Part shown: positions 51,080 to 63,880 of the stretch, piece after piece
Layout of the letters: every line of letters begins with the position of its first letter
How positions within the stretch are numbered: the stretch's first letter is position 1
Source of the DNA: Eledone cirrhosa
Lineage: Eukaryota
Direction: 5' to 3'
Assembly (NCBI GenBank): GCA_964016885.1
Contig: OZ024751.1
Location: 14,384,001 to 14,448,000, forward strand
Length of the DNA stretch: 64,000 nucleotides
Notes under the pieces: generated by a model
Told to the model about the DNA's origin: nothing
What the model saw: only the letters and a program-made list of their open reading frames with translations
Databases searched by the model: none
Made by a program: the position numbers and the translations under genes

Positions 51080-54000
51080 CACACAGTGTGGTTTATAGTA
51101 TACTGTGTTGTGACATATATACCCCAGTCCACCTAGCTGTAAGTAGGTACCACAGTGTGGTATATAGTATACTGTGTTATGACATATATAGTCCAGTCCA
51201 CCTAGCTGTAAGTAGGTACCACACTGTGGTATATAGTATACTGTGTTGTGACATATATACCCCAGTCCACTTAGCAGTAAGTAGGTACCACAGTGTGGTA
51301 TATAGTACACTGTGTTATGACATATATAGTCCAGTCCACCTAGCTGTAAGTAGGTACCACACTGTGGTATATAGTATACTGTGTTGTGACATATATAGTC
51401 CAGTCCACCTAGCTGTAAGTAGGTACCACACTGTGGTATATAGTATACTGTGTTATGACATATATAGTCCAGTCCACCTAGCTGTAAGTAGGTACCACAG
51501 TGTGGTATATAGTATACTGTGTTGTGACATATATAATCCAGTCCACCTAGCTGTAAGTAGGTACCACACTGTGGTATATAGTATACTGTGTTGTGACATA
51601 TATACCCCAGTCCACCTAGCTGTAAGTAGGTACCACACTGTGGTATATAGTACACTGTGTTATGACATATATACCCCAGTCCACCTAGCTGTAAGTAGGT
51701 ACCACAGTGTGGTATATAGTATACTGTGTTATGACATATATAGTCCAGTCCACCTAGCTGTAAGTAGGTACCACACTATAGTATATAGTATACTGTGTTA
51801 TGACATATATAGTCCAGTCCACCTAGCTGTAAGTAGGTACCACACTGTAGTATATAGTACACTGTGTTATGACATATATAGTCCAGTCCACCTAGCTGTA
51901 AGTAGGTACCACACTGTGGTATATAGTATACTGTGTTATGACATATATAGTCCAGTCCACCTAGCTGTAAGTAGGTACCACACTGAGGTATATAGTATAC
52001 TGTGTTATGACATATATACCCCAGTCCACCTAGCTATAAGTAGGTACCACACTGTAGTATATAGTATACTGTGTTGTGACATATATAGTCCAGTCCACCT
52101 AGCTGTAAGTAGGTACCACACTGTGGTATATAGTATACTGTGTTGTGACATATATAGTCCAGTCCACCTAGCTGTAAGTAGGTACCACACTGTGGTATAT
52201 AGTACACTGTGTTATGACATATATACCCCAGTCCACCTAGCTGTAAGTAGGTACCACACTGTGGTATATAGTATACTGTGTTATGACATATATAGTCCAG
52301 TCCACCTAGCTGTAAGTAGGTACCTCAGTGTGGTATATAGTATACTGTGTTGTGACATATATACCCCAGTCCACCTAGCTGTAAGTAGGTACCACGCCGT
52401 GGTATATAGTACACTGTGTTATGACATATATACCCCAGTCCACCTAGCTGTAAGTAGGTACCACACTGTGGTATATAGTATACTGTGTTATGACATATAT
52501 AGTCCAGTCCACCTAGCTGTAAGTAGGTACCTCAGTGTGGTATATAGTATACTGTGTTGTGACATATATACCCCAGTCCACCTAGCTGTAAGTAGGTACC
52601 ACACTGAGGTATATAGTACACTGTGTTAAGACATATATACCCCAGTCCACCTAGCTGTAAGTAGGTACCACACTGTGGTATATAGTATACTGTGTTGTGA
52701 CATATATAGTCCAGTCCACCTAGCTGTAAGTAGGTACCACACTGTGGTATATAGTACACTGTGTTGTGACATATAAAGTCCAGTCCACCTAGCTGTAAGT
52801 AGGTACCACACTGTAGTATATAGTATACTGTGTTATGACATATATAGTCCAGTCCACCTAGCTGTAAGTAGGTACCACAGTGTGGTATATAGTATACTGT
52901 GTTATGACATATATAGTCCAGTCCACCTAGCTGTAAGTAGGTACCACACTGTGGTATATAGTACACTGTGTTATGACATATATACCCCAGTCCACCTAGC
53001 TGTAAGTAGGTACCACACTGTGGTATATAGTATACTGTGTTGTGACATATCTACCCCAGTCCACCTAGCTGTAAGTAGGTACCACAGTGTGGTATATAGT
53101 ATACTGTGTTGTGACATATATACCCCAGTCCACCTAGCTGTAAGTAGGAACCACACTGTGGTATATAGTATACTGTGTTGTGACATATCTACCCCAGTCC
53201 ACCTAGCTGTAAGTAGGTACCACACTGTGGTATATAGTATACTGTGTTGTGACATATATACCCCAGTCCACCTAGCTATAAGTAGGTACCACACTGTGGT
53301 ATATAGTATACTGTGTTATGACATATATAGTCCAGTCCACCTAGCTGTAAGTAGGTACCACACTGTGGTATTTAGTACACTGTGTTGTGACATATCTACC
53401 CCAGTCCACCTAGCTGTAAGTAGGTACCACACTGTGGTATTTAGTATACTGTGTTGTGACATATATAGCCCAGTCCACCTAGCTATAAGTAGGTACCACA
53501 CTGTGGTATATAGTATACTGTGTTATGACATATATACCCCAGTCCACCTAGCTATAAGTAGGTACCACACTGTAGTATATAGTATACTGTGTTGTGACAT
53601 ATATAGTCCAGTCCACCTAGCTGTAAGTAGGTACCACAGTGTGGTATATAGTATACTGTGTTATGACATATATAGTCCAGTCCACCTAGCTGTAAGTAGG
53701 TACCACACTGTGGTATATAGTACACTGTGTTATGACATATATAGTCCAGTCCACCTAGCTGTAAGTAGGTACCACAGTGTGGTATATAGTATACTGTGTT
53801 GTGACATATATAGTCCAGTCCACCTAGCTGTAAGTAGGTACCACACTGAGGTATATAGTATACTGTGTTATGACATATATAGTCCAGTCCACCTAGCTGT
53901 AAGTAGGTACCACACTGTGGTATATAGTATACTGTGTTATGACATATATAGTCCAGTCCACCTAGCTGTAAGTAGGTACCACACTGTGGTATATAGTATA

Positions 54001-54190
54001 CTGTGTTGTGACATATATAGTCCAGTCCACCTAGCTGTAAGTAGGTACCACACTGTGGTATATAGTATACTGTGTTGTGACATATATAGTCCAGTCCACC
54101 TAGCTGTAAGTAGGTACCACACTGAGGTATATAGTATACTGTGTTATGACATATATACCCCAGTCCACCTAGCTGTAAGTAGGTACCACT
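51080..54190. repeat. 3.1 kb tandem array, 69 bp unit
   Basis: Unit CCACACTGTGGTATATAGTATACTGTGTTATGACATATATAGTCCAGTCCACCTAGCTGTAAGTAGGTA, about 45 copies. Confidence 0.98.
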
Positions 54191-54231
54191 TAAATTGTAT
54201 AGACTTGTGTTTAAGAATTCATTTTTGTTAG

Positions 54232-54560
54232 TGGATTGCTTCAGGACATAGAGTTACGGCCCTTTACGTTCTGAGTCCAAATCCCACCGACGTTAGCTTT
54301 GCCTTTCATCCTTACGGGGGTCGACAAATAATGATGTATTGGCAGTATTGGTAGAGCATCAGGCAAAATGCTTTGCAGTATTTGTCCCGACTTGTCACTT
54401 TCTGAGTTCAAATCCTGCCAAGGTTAGCTTTGCCTTTCATCCTTATGAGGGTTAATAACAAAGTACTGGTAATGCACTGGGGTCGATTTAATTGACTTTC
54501 CCCTCCCCTCCACCCAATAAACTGTTGGTCTTGTGCTAAAATCAGAAATTATTATTATTA
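54232..54560 (+). mobile_element. Two SINE family A copies
   Basis: 54232-54330 partial and 54338-54560 longer variant with (ATT)n tail. Confidence 0.75.
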
Positions 54561-54875
54561 ATAATATTTTTCACTGATTAATTTATTTAATTAAATCAAA
54601 CACTTTTTAATAAAAGCCAAACAAAATAAAAATAAATAAAATAAAAGCTAAAAATAAAAAAATTAAATTAAATTTTTCAATTTATGAGCAACATATTGTT
54701 AAATTGTTTTCTAATTAACTGAAAATTAATGGTAATTAGCAATGCAAACTAAGAACAAAATTTCTTTGAGTTGGAGAATATTAACAACTGTGAAATGACA
54801 ACACGGAATTCTATCAACGGTTGTGGAACTGTGGCAAGAAAGTAATTATGTATTTATGGATCCATAACACTTGGC

Positions 54876-55372
54876 GGAGTTGTAGGGGTGCTGTCATGAC
54901 ATACAGGGTCTCAGGGGTATTCTAAACCTGGTGGTGTCCATCCCCTTCTCCTGGTCTGAACATAGCTCCTGCTGGAGTTGCAAGGGCGCCGTCATGATAC
55001 GCAGCGTGTCAGGGTATCCTAAACCTGGCAGAGTTTATCCTCTTCTGGTGAAGTTGTAGGGGTGCCATCATGACATACAGGGTGTCAGAGGTATTCTAAA
55101 CCTGGCAGAGCCAATCCTCTTCTCCAGATGGAGTTGTAGGGGTGCCATCATGACATACAGGGTGTCAGAGGTATTCTAAACCTGGCAGAGCCAATCCTCT
55201 TCTCCAGGTGGAGTTGTAGGGGTGCCATCATGACATACAGGGTGTCAGAGGTATTCTAAACCTGGCAGAGCCCATCCTTTTCTCCAGATGGAGTTGTAGG
55301 GGTGCCATCATGACATACAGGGTGTCAGAGGTATTCGAAACCTGGCAGAGAGTCCATCCCCTTCTCCAGGTC
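54876..55372. repeat. 80 bp tandem repeat (~6 units)
   Basis: GGAGTTGTAGGGGTGCCATCATGACATACAGGGTGTCAGAGG..; a diverged monomer lies at ~59996-60075. Confidence 0.85.
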
Positions 55373-55621
55373 TAAACATAGTCAATTTCTCCCAATGTCT
55401 TACAAAACAGCACATGGCAGTTCCCTAGTCGTTTCAATTTGGATTGGCTCAGGAATGTAACCTTATTATGTAAGAAGCTGTCTGGTGAGAGCACGGTACT
55501 GGGTACACGGAATCTCATGGTCGCTGTTGTAATCAAAATAAGTATCACAACCTTATCAATAAAGGACCTTAACACCCGAAACTACTTCGCATTTTCTTAT
55601 TCTACATATATATATATATCT

Positions 55622-56006
55622 ATCATCATCATCATCATCATTTTACGTCCGTTCTTCCACGCTAGCAGGGTTGTCCTGTTGTGGGCAGTGTCCGGGAAGG
55701 CTGACCTTGTCTTGCTCATACGGGAACTGATTCTGGCTTGATTTCTACAGCTGGATACCCTTCCTAACACCAACCTCATTTACAGTGAGTGGTGGGTGCT
55801 TTTTTGCCGTGGCACCTACACGACCACTTTACAGTGGAATGATAGGGACCCCAGTCCTATCATCTCATTTCTACAGCTGAGTAAACTGGAGCAATTTGAA
55901 ATAAAGTGTCTTGCTCAAGGAAACAACACATCACCTGGTCCGAGAATTGAACTCACAACCTTTCGATTGCAAGCCCAATGCTTTAACCACTAAGCCATGC
56001 GCCTTC
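55622..56006 (-). mobile_element. SINE family B head/body with an alternative 3' tail
   Basis: Body matches family B; 55622-55720 matches the tail type seen at 35580-35690. Confidence 0.8.
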
Positions 56007-56065
<59 letters not shown>

Positions 56066-56319
56066 CATACATATATAAACACTGTTAGATGGTTGTTCAT
56101 TCTCTATGCTTCATATGCCTTTTGACAGGTTTTCTTTTTCATCCTACAGAGTGTTTATAAATGATTCTCCTCACTAAACAAGTTTGGTGGGGTAACTAGT
56201 TTACTTACTGATGACCTGACCCTGAAATAAGTTGTACTGGGTTACATGTCACCAGGAGCAGTCAGAAGTGACCAGATACTATCACTACTACTACATCACC
56301 ACCAACAACAACAACATCA

Positions 56320-56825
56320 TCCCTCCATTTTCCATGCTAGCATGAGTTGAGCAGATCGTCACGGTCCAAGAAAAAACAAGGTTGGATAATCATATTATAG
56401 AGTGCACTGGGTGCATTTTATTGTGACAACAGCACCAGATCACCATTTTATTATGACATCAGCACTACTATTTTATAAAGTGTACTGGGTGTATATTATT
56501 GTGGCACCAGCACTGCCACTTTACAGGATGTACTGGGTGTAATTTGTGGCACCAGCACTACTACTTTACAGAGTGTACTGGATGCACTTTATTGTGACAC
56601 CAGCACTGCCATTTTACAGGATGGACTGGGTGCACTTTATTGTGGCACCAGCACTACCACTTTACAGAGTGTACTGAGTGCACTTTATTGTGGCACCAGC
56701 ACTACCACTTTACAGAGTGTACTGGGTGTAGTTTATCATGACACAACACTACCACTTTACAGAGTGTATTGAGCGTATTTTATCATGACACCAACACTAC
56801 CACTTTACAGGATGGACTGGGTGCA
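56320..56825 (-). mobile_element. SINE-derived ~46 bp minisatellite with SINE tail
   Basis: About 9 copies of CACTACCACTTTACAGAGTGTACTGGGTGCACTTTATTGTGGCACCAG, next to the tail motif CCATTTTCCATGCTAGCATG. Confidence 0.6.
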
Positions 56826-57018
56826 GTTTCTTGTAAGATTTAGGTTTTGTTCTTAAAACGAGCTCTTCTTTAAGAAGTTGTACAGAGAGCAAGACAAATT
56901 GTATATTTGTTGCAATCAATTCTATATAAAAATGTTTTTATTACACCCTGCTATTATAGTGTTGAGTTCTGTAATTTACTGTCGTCTTATACGTGTTCTA
57001 AATAAGATAATTATATAC

Positions 57019-57076
<58 letters not shown>

Positions 57077-57183
57077 TTGTAGATATATATAAACATATAT
57101 ATAATGTGGGTAATAGTAAATATTACCCAATTACAAGTATGAAAATAGCTCATGCGTGTATATATATATATATATGGATATAT

Positions 57184-57477
57184 AATTGAAAAAGTGGAGA
57201 ATAACATGGTCAACGGAACAAAAAAGGGGATTTATTTGCAGTCTAACAATTGTTTCACTGATAAAGTTGTCTAAAAATTGCTGAACACTAGAAGCAGTGC
57301 CACTCAATTTTAAATACGATGTACAGTTTCCGAAGATCTGATCGAGCTAACATCGTATCTATAATTGAGTGGCACTGCTTCTAGTGTTCAGCAATTTTTA
57401 GGCAGAAACAATTGTTAGACTGTAAATAAATCCCCTTTTTTATACTGTTCACCATGTTATTCTCCACTTTTTCAATT
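57184..57477. mobile_element. Large fold-back element containing a hammerhead-like motif
   Basis: ~130 bp inverted arms (57184-57322 / 57350-57477). Confidence 0.6.
57322..57424 (+). ncRNA. Hammerhead-like motif (core CCGAAGA) inside a 290 bp fold-back
   Basis: TACAGTTT-CCGAAGA-..-GAA-ACAATTGT-T-AGACTGTA. 8 bp stem I and a perfect palindromic stem III; the 3' strand of stem II is deleted in this arm. Confidence 0.5.
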
Positions 57478-57622
57478 TTATTACTCCAAGATAAACTTAC
57501 ATAGGAATACAAGTGAAATCATAAACTCGTCATCTACGTAAACCTCTTGAGTCAAACAATGCCGTACGCTAAAACTATCCGTGATAAGAAGTCTGGATTA
57601 CCTTTAACGATATTTTGTTATC

Positions 57623-57685
<63 letters not shown>

Positions 57686-57822
57686 CACATACGCACAGGT
57701 ATGTGGTGTGTATGAATGATTCAAAGTGTAGTGTATGCTTATATATATGTATGTGTGTGTGTGTATGTGCGCGTGCATATTTATATGTAAGTCCACCAAT
57801 CACGCCGCCGCCGTCGTCGACC

Positions 57823-57931
57823 TCTTAAGGATGAAAGGTAAAGTAAACTTCGGCGGGATTTGAACTCAGACCATAAAGGGGCGTAACTCTGTGCTGCAAA
57901 GCATGGCGTCCGACCTTCTACCGATCCCCCG
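57823..57931 (-). mobile_element. SINE family A 5' half
   Basis: GGATGAAAGG.AAAGTAAAC.TCGGCGGGATTTGAACTCAGACC.. Confidence 0.75.
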
Positions 57932-58167
57932 CCTATGTCTAAATATAATGTTATAATGTCTGTGTTTGTATGTGATTGTGTTTGTCTGTGTTTGTATGTG
58001 ATTGTGTTTGTATGTGATTGTGTTTGTGTGTATTTGTCTGTGTGTATTTGTCTGTGTGTGTATTTGTCTGTGTGTGTATTTGTCTGTCTTTGTGTGTGTG
58101 TGTGTTTGTATGTGTGTATGAGTGTGTGTGTATGAGTGTGTGTGTGTATGAGTGTGTGTGTGTGTAT

Positions 58168-58200
<33 letters not shown>

Positions 58201-58669
58201 TGTGTATGAGTGTGTGTGTATGAGTGTGTGTGTATGAGTGTGTGTGTATGGGTGCTTGTGTGTGTATGTGTGTTTGTATGAATGTATACGCGTGTGTATG
58301 TGCATGATGTGTGTATGTGTGTGATTGTGTGTTTGTGTACGTGTATGATTGTGTATGTATGTATATATATATATATACATGGTGTTTTTATATCTACAAC
58401 ATAACTGATTGTTGACTAATAGTGGATATAAGTCATCCCACAGTCACCTCCCTATGTCCTATGTCCCTAATTTTTCTCTTCTCCCTCTCACTATTACTCC
58501 CACACATACACACTGTCACTCATACACTGCCACTCCCGCGCTCTTTTGTTTATCTTTCCTTCAGCTCTCTCTCTCACATACACACACCCTACACAGTGGC
58601 GTAAGAAAGGGTTTCAGGTCGCAAGGGCAAATGTACTTTTGGTGCTCCCTACTAAATTAACAGACATGA

Positions 58670-59450
58670 CACAGACCAGAAGTAATTCTACAAACCCCCT
58701 CTTTACACCACACCGGCCCCATAATTGGTCGGGATGGGGGGGGGGGAGTAAACGGTACCCCCCCCCCCCTCATGCCAGCCCCATAATAGGCCAGGAGTAA
58801 TTCTACAATCCCCCATCTTTTCTTCAGGCCAGCCCCAAACTAGACTAGAAGTAATTTTACAAACCCCCTTTTTACTCCATACCAGCCTCACATAAACCAG
58901 CAGTAATTCTACAAACCCCCTCTTTACACCACGCCAATTCCATAATAGGCCAGCGGTTATTTTACAAACCCCCTCTTTACTTCACACCAGCCCCATAATA
59001 GGCCAGGGGTTATTTTACAAACCCCCTCTTTACTTCACGCCAGCCCCATAATAGGCCAGGGGTAATTTTACAAACCCCCTCTTTACTTCACACCAGCCCT
59101 ATAATAAACCAGAAGTAATTTACCCCCCCCCCCCCCTTTACTTCACACCAGCCCCTTAATAGGCCAGGGGTAATTCTACAAATCCCCTCTTTTCGTCACA
59201 CCAGCCCCATAATAAGCCAGATGTAATTTTACAAACCCCCTTCTTACTTTACACCAGCCCCATAATAAGCCAGAAGTAATTTTACAAACCCCCTTCTTAC
59301 TTTACACCAGCCCAATAAACCAGAGGTAATTTTACAAACCCCCTTTTTACTCCACATAAACCAGAGGTAATATTACAAACCCCCACATCACTTTACTTCA
59401 CGCCCACCACATAAGAAGCCAGGGGTGGTAATTCTCCAAACCACCTCTTA
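58670..59450. repeat. ~53 bp minisatellite, possibly inside a hAT-like element starting at 58594
   Basis: AGGCCAGGGGTAATTTTACAAACCCCCTCTTTACTTCACACCAGCCCCATAAT units, preceded by a CAGTGGCGTA hAT-like end. Confidence 0.8.
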
Positions 59451-59703
59451 ACGCGAGTCCTTTCACCCCAACTACTCCGTATGACAATTTGCTCTCCCAA
59501 CAGCCCATTCCCTCGCTACCACATCTATATTACTCTGTATGTCCATCGTTTTCTCCTCTTCTTTCTCTATCATCTCCCACAACAATCTCCTTTAATCCCA
59601 TCAACTACCACGTTGCATGTATGTATGTGTGTGTGTGTGTGTATGTCTATATGTGTGTGTGTGTGTGTCTATATGTGTGTGTATGCGTATGTGTGTATGT
59701 ATC

Positions 59704-59982
59704 CAGGGCCAGTGCTAGACTATCTGGCACTCTAGGGAAGGTTAGATTCTGGCGCCTTCATCCACCAAGGAAATATCAATTTCAAAATTTATAAACAATT
59801 TTTTATAAATTTTTTTAAACATTTATTTGTCCTTATGTGAAATAAACCAGGATAAAAAACGACCCCCAATAAAACTGAAATTTATTTATTTATTTTTCAA
59901 AATTGTTTTTGATTTGGAGAAATGTATGTGCCCCTGAAATCAGGCGGCTGCCTAGTTTGCCTATATGGTAGCGCAGGCCCTG
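59704..59982. mobile_element. hAT-like MITE
   Basis: TIRs CAGGGCCAGTGCTA / TAGCGCAGGCCCTG with a near-identical 8 bp TSD (TATGTATC / TATGTACT). Confidence 0.75.
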
Positions 59983-60164
59983 TATGTACTAGCAACTCCT
60001 GATGGAGACGTAGGGGCGCCATAGTCACATATGGTGTATCATGGACACTTTAAATCTGGAGGAACAGATCCCCCTCGCCAAGTCTGAAATCAACCGATTT
60101 CTTCCAGAGAAGGAGAAAGAGCTATAGAGATGATGTGAGTAGCAAAGAGATATAAAGAAAGAAT

Positions 60165-60318
60165 CGACTCCAGTACTAGACTGGTACATTTTTTATCGAT
60201 CTCGAAAGGATGAAAGGCAAAGTTGACCTCGACGGGATTTGAACTCAGAGAGCAGAAAGCCATAACAAACACATCAAAACATTCTATCCGATGTTCTAAC
60301 GAATGTGAATTCATCGCC
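60165..60318 (-). mobile_element. SINE family A, diverged
   Basis: CTGGTAC..ATCGA..GGATGAAAGGCAAAGTTGACCTCGACGGGATTTGAACTCAGA. Confidence 0.7.
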
Positions 60319-60416
60319 TATAACGACCATATTATCTTAGTAATAAAAGGCAATGTTTGAAGATATACAAAAGCTATTAAAACAAAGGTCACCCTATAAA
60401 ATATAACCACTTAAAT

Positions 60417-60759
60417 CAGTGGTCACCAACCTTGTCGGACCTCACGGACCGCTAAATTCATAATTTTAAATCCCGCGGACCACTAATATGAATCAATGGT
60501 CAATGGTCGAAACAATTCTGAAGTGTACGTGTGTCATATTGTCGATAGGTGATAGATATGTGTAAAATTCTTTCATAGATATTAGTTCTTTACTGAGGAG
60601 AAACATTTTTTAGCAGGATTATAAAATATATTGTATATTATGTTTGTTTTATTATTAATAAAACATAAACATTGCCAGTAATGTCCACATTTTCTGCGGA
60701 CCACCAAAATCTTTTCTCGAACGACCAGTGGTCCGCGGATCACCGGTTGGCGACCGCTG
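60417..60759. mobile_element. hAT/Charlie-like MITE
   Basis: TIRs CAGTGGTCACCAACC / GGTTGGCGACCGCTG, subterminal GCGGACC repeats and TTAAA-containing flanks. Confidence 0.75.
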
Positions 60760-60970
60760 CCTTTAAATAGTTAAACTTCTTCCAGTAAATATATTAGGGG
60801 GGAATGAGACAATGTCAGCGTATCTGTGAATTTATCAGAACCTTAAACAAAATAAACATTCAGACCAGCTTTCCATAACTTGTTGCTAAAATATCTCTTA
60901 AGAAATGAAAGCCAGCTTTGATTATAACGTTCCGTTTTCATTTTGTCAAACTGCAGACGATATTATTTAA

Positions 60971-61151
60971 GGTGGTGGATTGGCAGTATCGGTAGAGGGT
61001 CGGACGCCATGCTTTGCAGCATAGTTACGTCCCTTTACGGACTGAGTTCAAATCCCGCCGAGGTTAACTTTGCTTTCATGCTTACGGGGTCGATAAAATA
61101 AAGTACCAGTAATGTACTGGGTAATTGCTGGCCATAAGTAGAAACAATTAT
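60971..61151 (+). mobile_element. SINE family A, full length
   Basis: A-box, B-box GAGTTCAAATCCC and central domain. Confidence 0.85.
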
Positions 61152-61611
61152 TTAAGGTATAATTTTATTATAACACCCATCTCCACGACGGGTGTTATAT
61201 ATACAGTAGTTATGAAATTCTCGGGTATATGGACCTCAGAAAATGATAGTTTTGAAGGCCATATTCCTTCGAAACGCAAACAGACATATAGGGAAAACAT
61301 AAATTTCATCTTCATAATTAAAATCAAACTTAACTAACTACCTTTAAAATTAAAATAAAAGTATTATTATCATTACAACCGCCACGAAGACGGGTGTAAC
61401 AACAAAATTTTACCTCAGTTTATTTGGTGGTCGGGGAAGAATAAACCATAAATGTATCCATATAAACAATAACCCCCCCCCCCCCCCCCAAAAAAAAAAA
61501 TTCAATAACAATACCACAAAAAAAGGAACGATCGACTTCCGTCAAATCGAACCGAGGAAACAATGTTTTCATTGGTCTTTCCAATTGCTAATACTATCTA
61601 TCGGTCGCAAC

Positions 61612-61692
61612 TCCGGGTAGAAGGAGCAATGTGAAATAAAGTGTCTTGCTCAAGGACATAACGCATCGCCCGGTCCAGGAATCGAACTCACG
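61612..61692 (-). mobile_element. SINE family B-like head fragment
   Basis: GGAGCAATGTGAAATAAAGTGTCTTGCTCAAGGACATAAC..GGAATCGAACTCAC. Confidence 0.7.
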
Positions 61693-61840
61693 AAAATCTT
61701 TATTAATTGGACCACCAAAATATCCCCTATGTTGACAAACAAGCTAAATGAAGCACGACAGAATAAAATAACAATCCTTTTGTGACCACCAAACAAATTA
61801 ATGTTAGCTACAATTTGACAATGTAATACGTATATAATCA

Positions 61841-62020
61841 AGGGCGGGGTGGAGGGGCGGTGGAACTGGGGGTGCGCGGTGGAATTGGGGGTGGGGTGGG
61901 GGAATTGGGGGTGGGGCGGTGGAATTGAGGGCAGGGGTGGAGGAACCGGGGGTGGGTGGTAGTGGAACTGGGGGGGGAGGCGGACGGTGGGAGTGGAATG
62001 GGGGATGGAACTGGGGGTGA
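61841..62020 (+). repeat. G-rich repeat with G-quadruplex potential
   Basis: Repeated GGTGGAA(T/C)TGGGGGTGGGG with many G3-G7 tracts. Confidence 0.7.
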
Positions 62021-62137
62021 ACACCACCTACTGAGAAAGGGGTCTCTGTAATGAATATTATTATTTTGTTTTCTATAAATCATTATCATAATAATGACAT
62101 CACATGACGCCTGATAAAGAACCCCCCCCCCCCCTCA

Positions 62138-62174
<37 letters not shown>

Positions 62175-62399
62175 TTTTATGGTCGGAATGGTTGATGTAG
62201 CGGGTACCGCTGACTCTTCTCTGTAACAATACTTTCACTACCTTGTTAACCCAGAGGTAGGAAAGTTTGCCTCACCATCATTTCCCTCCCCACATTTTAT
62301 GTGTCGTTCTGCCCTCATTTTTCCATTTACCATTATGATATTGTAAACATAGTTTGACAATTTGAAATAAATAAAATTTAATATATATATATATATATA

Positions 62400-62444
62400 C
62401 AGGGTATCCCAAAATTGTATACAGACTTATCTGAATGCTGTTGA

Positions 62445-62476
<32 letters not shown>

Positions 62477-62551
62477 CAGAATTTCCCCAAAATATATACA
62501 CACTTTTATAAGAATGCTGTTGAAGCGTGTGTGCATTTTTGGGGGACACCC

Positions 62552-62608
<57 letters not shown>

Positions 62609-62830
62609 TGCGAGTGTGCTGGCTTGCCTCAAAAATCATTAGAGAGGTTGCCCAGTACTCGCGACGTTGCTGTCTTTTGCTCTGGTGTTGGCTCTGTTGT
62701 TCACGCCTTCCTTTACATTTTCTTTAATATTGTAACATTAAAAGAATATATCTTTCTGAAAGGTAAACAGAAATAACAACCCCCAAAAGTGTATGCACAC
62801 TTTTATTAGAATGCTGTTGGAGACATCCTG
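62400..62830. mobile_element. Cluster of ~75 bp Tc1/mariner-like palindromic MITEs
   Basis: CAGGGT(G/A)TCCC..TATACACAC..GAATGCTGTTGAAG..GGACACCCTG at 62400, 62477-62553 and 62780-62830. Same family at 1088-1183 and 8280-8355. Confidence 0.65.
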
Positions 62831-62864
62831 TATATATATATGTAGTATAAACAAAGTTCCATAC

Positions 62865-63023
62865 ATTTAACATGTATGTACGACCATTGATTTCTGGATC
62901 CATTAATGGCCACCACTGTATTTTGGAGGAGGCACTTTTAAACACGTTAAGTGTATGAAACCTTGTTGATACTAAATAAGCTCTCTTGCAACGGATTGAG
63001 CACTGTTTTCCTTGATCTTTCAT
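62865..63023 (-). CDS. Possible coding exon of an unknown gene
   Basis: Non-repetitive open frame MKDQGKQCSIRCKRAYLVSTRFHTLNVFKSASSKIQWWPLMDPEINGRTYMLN bounded by tgtgtAG and GTatgg. No homology recognised. Confidence 0.25.
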
Positions 63024-63037
63024 CTACACATTTCATT

Positions 63038-63083
<46 letters not shown>

Positions 63084-63856
63084 TGTGTGTGTGTGTGTGT
63101 CTGTGTCTGTGTTGGTTACATTTTATTCGTCATTTATAATAATTACTCTGCTTGTCACTACTGAAATTTAAGTTTGGATTTTCGAATTTTTATGCTGTCA
63201 TAAAATAAAACGAAGCCATGAGATAATAATCTTTCGAAATTTCTCTCAGGCGACAAACATTACATATTATAATGTATATATATATATATTTTTTTTTTTC
63301 TGTTTTAATCTCTTGCCTATTCATAAGAGAAATTTTAAAGAAAAACAAGCACTTAAAATAAAGAACTCAGGTATAATAATTGTCTTAACTCACGTTAATT
63401 GTCTTAACTCACGTTAATCCATCATTTCCGTATCCAAATTGAAAGAGTTCATGTTTAAATTTAAACTTATACAAATTGACGAAATGTTCGCTGGTGTCTA
63501 TAAGTAGTACCATTATATTCCAAGTAATTAAAATAGCAGAAACTGGCACAATATCTTCAGAAATATCCATTATTAGTAAAAAAAAAAAAACAAATAAAAA
63601 AAACGGTGAATTTTCTTTTTTGTCATAGATTTGTAAAGAGCCAAGGTTGAACAGTTGAAATAAACTTCTTAATGACAGACTGTATTCGAAAATTTTCAGA
63701 ATTTTAACTCCATTTTTTAAATATATATTCTACTCCTTTATGCTATGAGAAAGAATTCCTCAAACTATTGGAATTATTCATAACTGGTGATAAATGTAAA
63801 TTAAAACAAACAACAGCAGCAAATACAGACTAATTACTTCTGGCATCTGTTTACAA

Positions 63857-63880
63857 TTTTCCCGCCAAAACCCGGATGTT
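63857..63880. promoter_or_regulatory. Putative promoter motifs (E2F-like and ETS-like)
   Basis: TTTTCCCGCCAAAA directly followed by CCGGATGT, in locally CpG-containing unique sequence. Confidence 0.35.

Noticed and set aside
51088-54231. 513 aa and 449 aa ORFs
   Set aside because: Translations of the 69 bp tandem unit, with no unique termini or codon-position bias.
56208-56235. CTGATGA-cctgaccct-GAAA
   Set aside because: Stem II cannot pair and there is no stem I.
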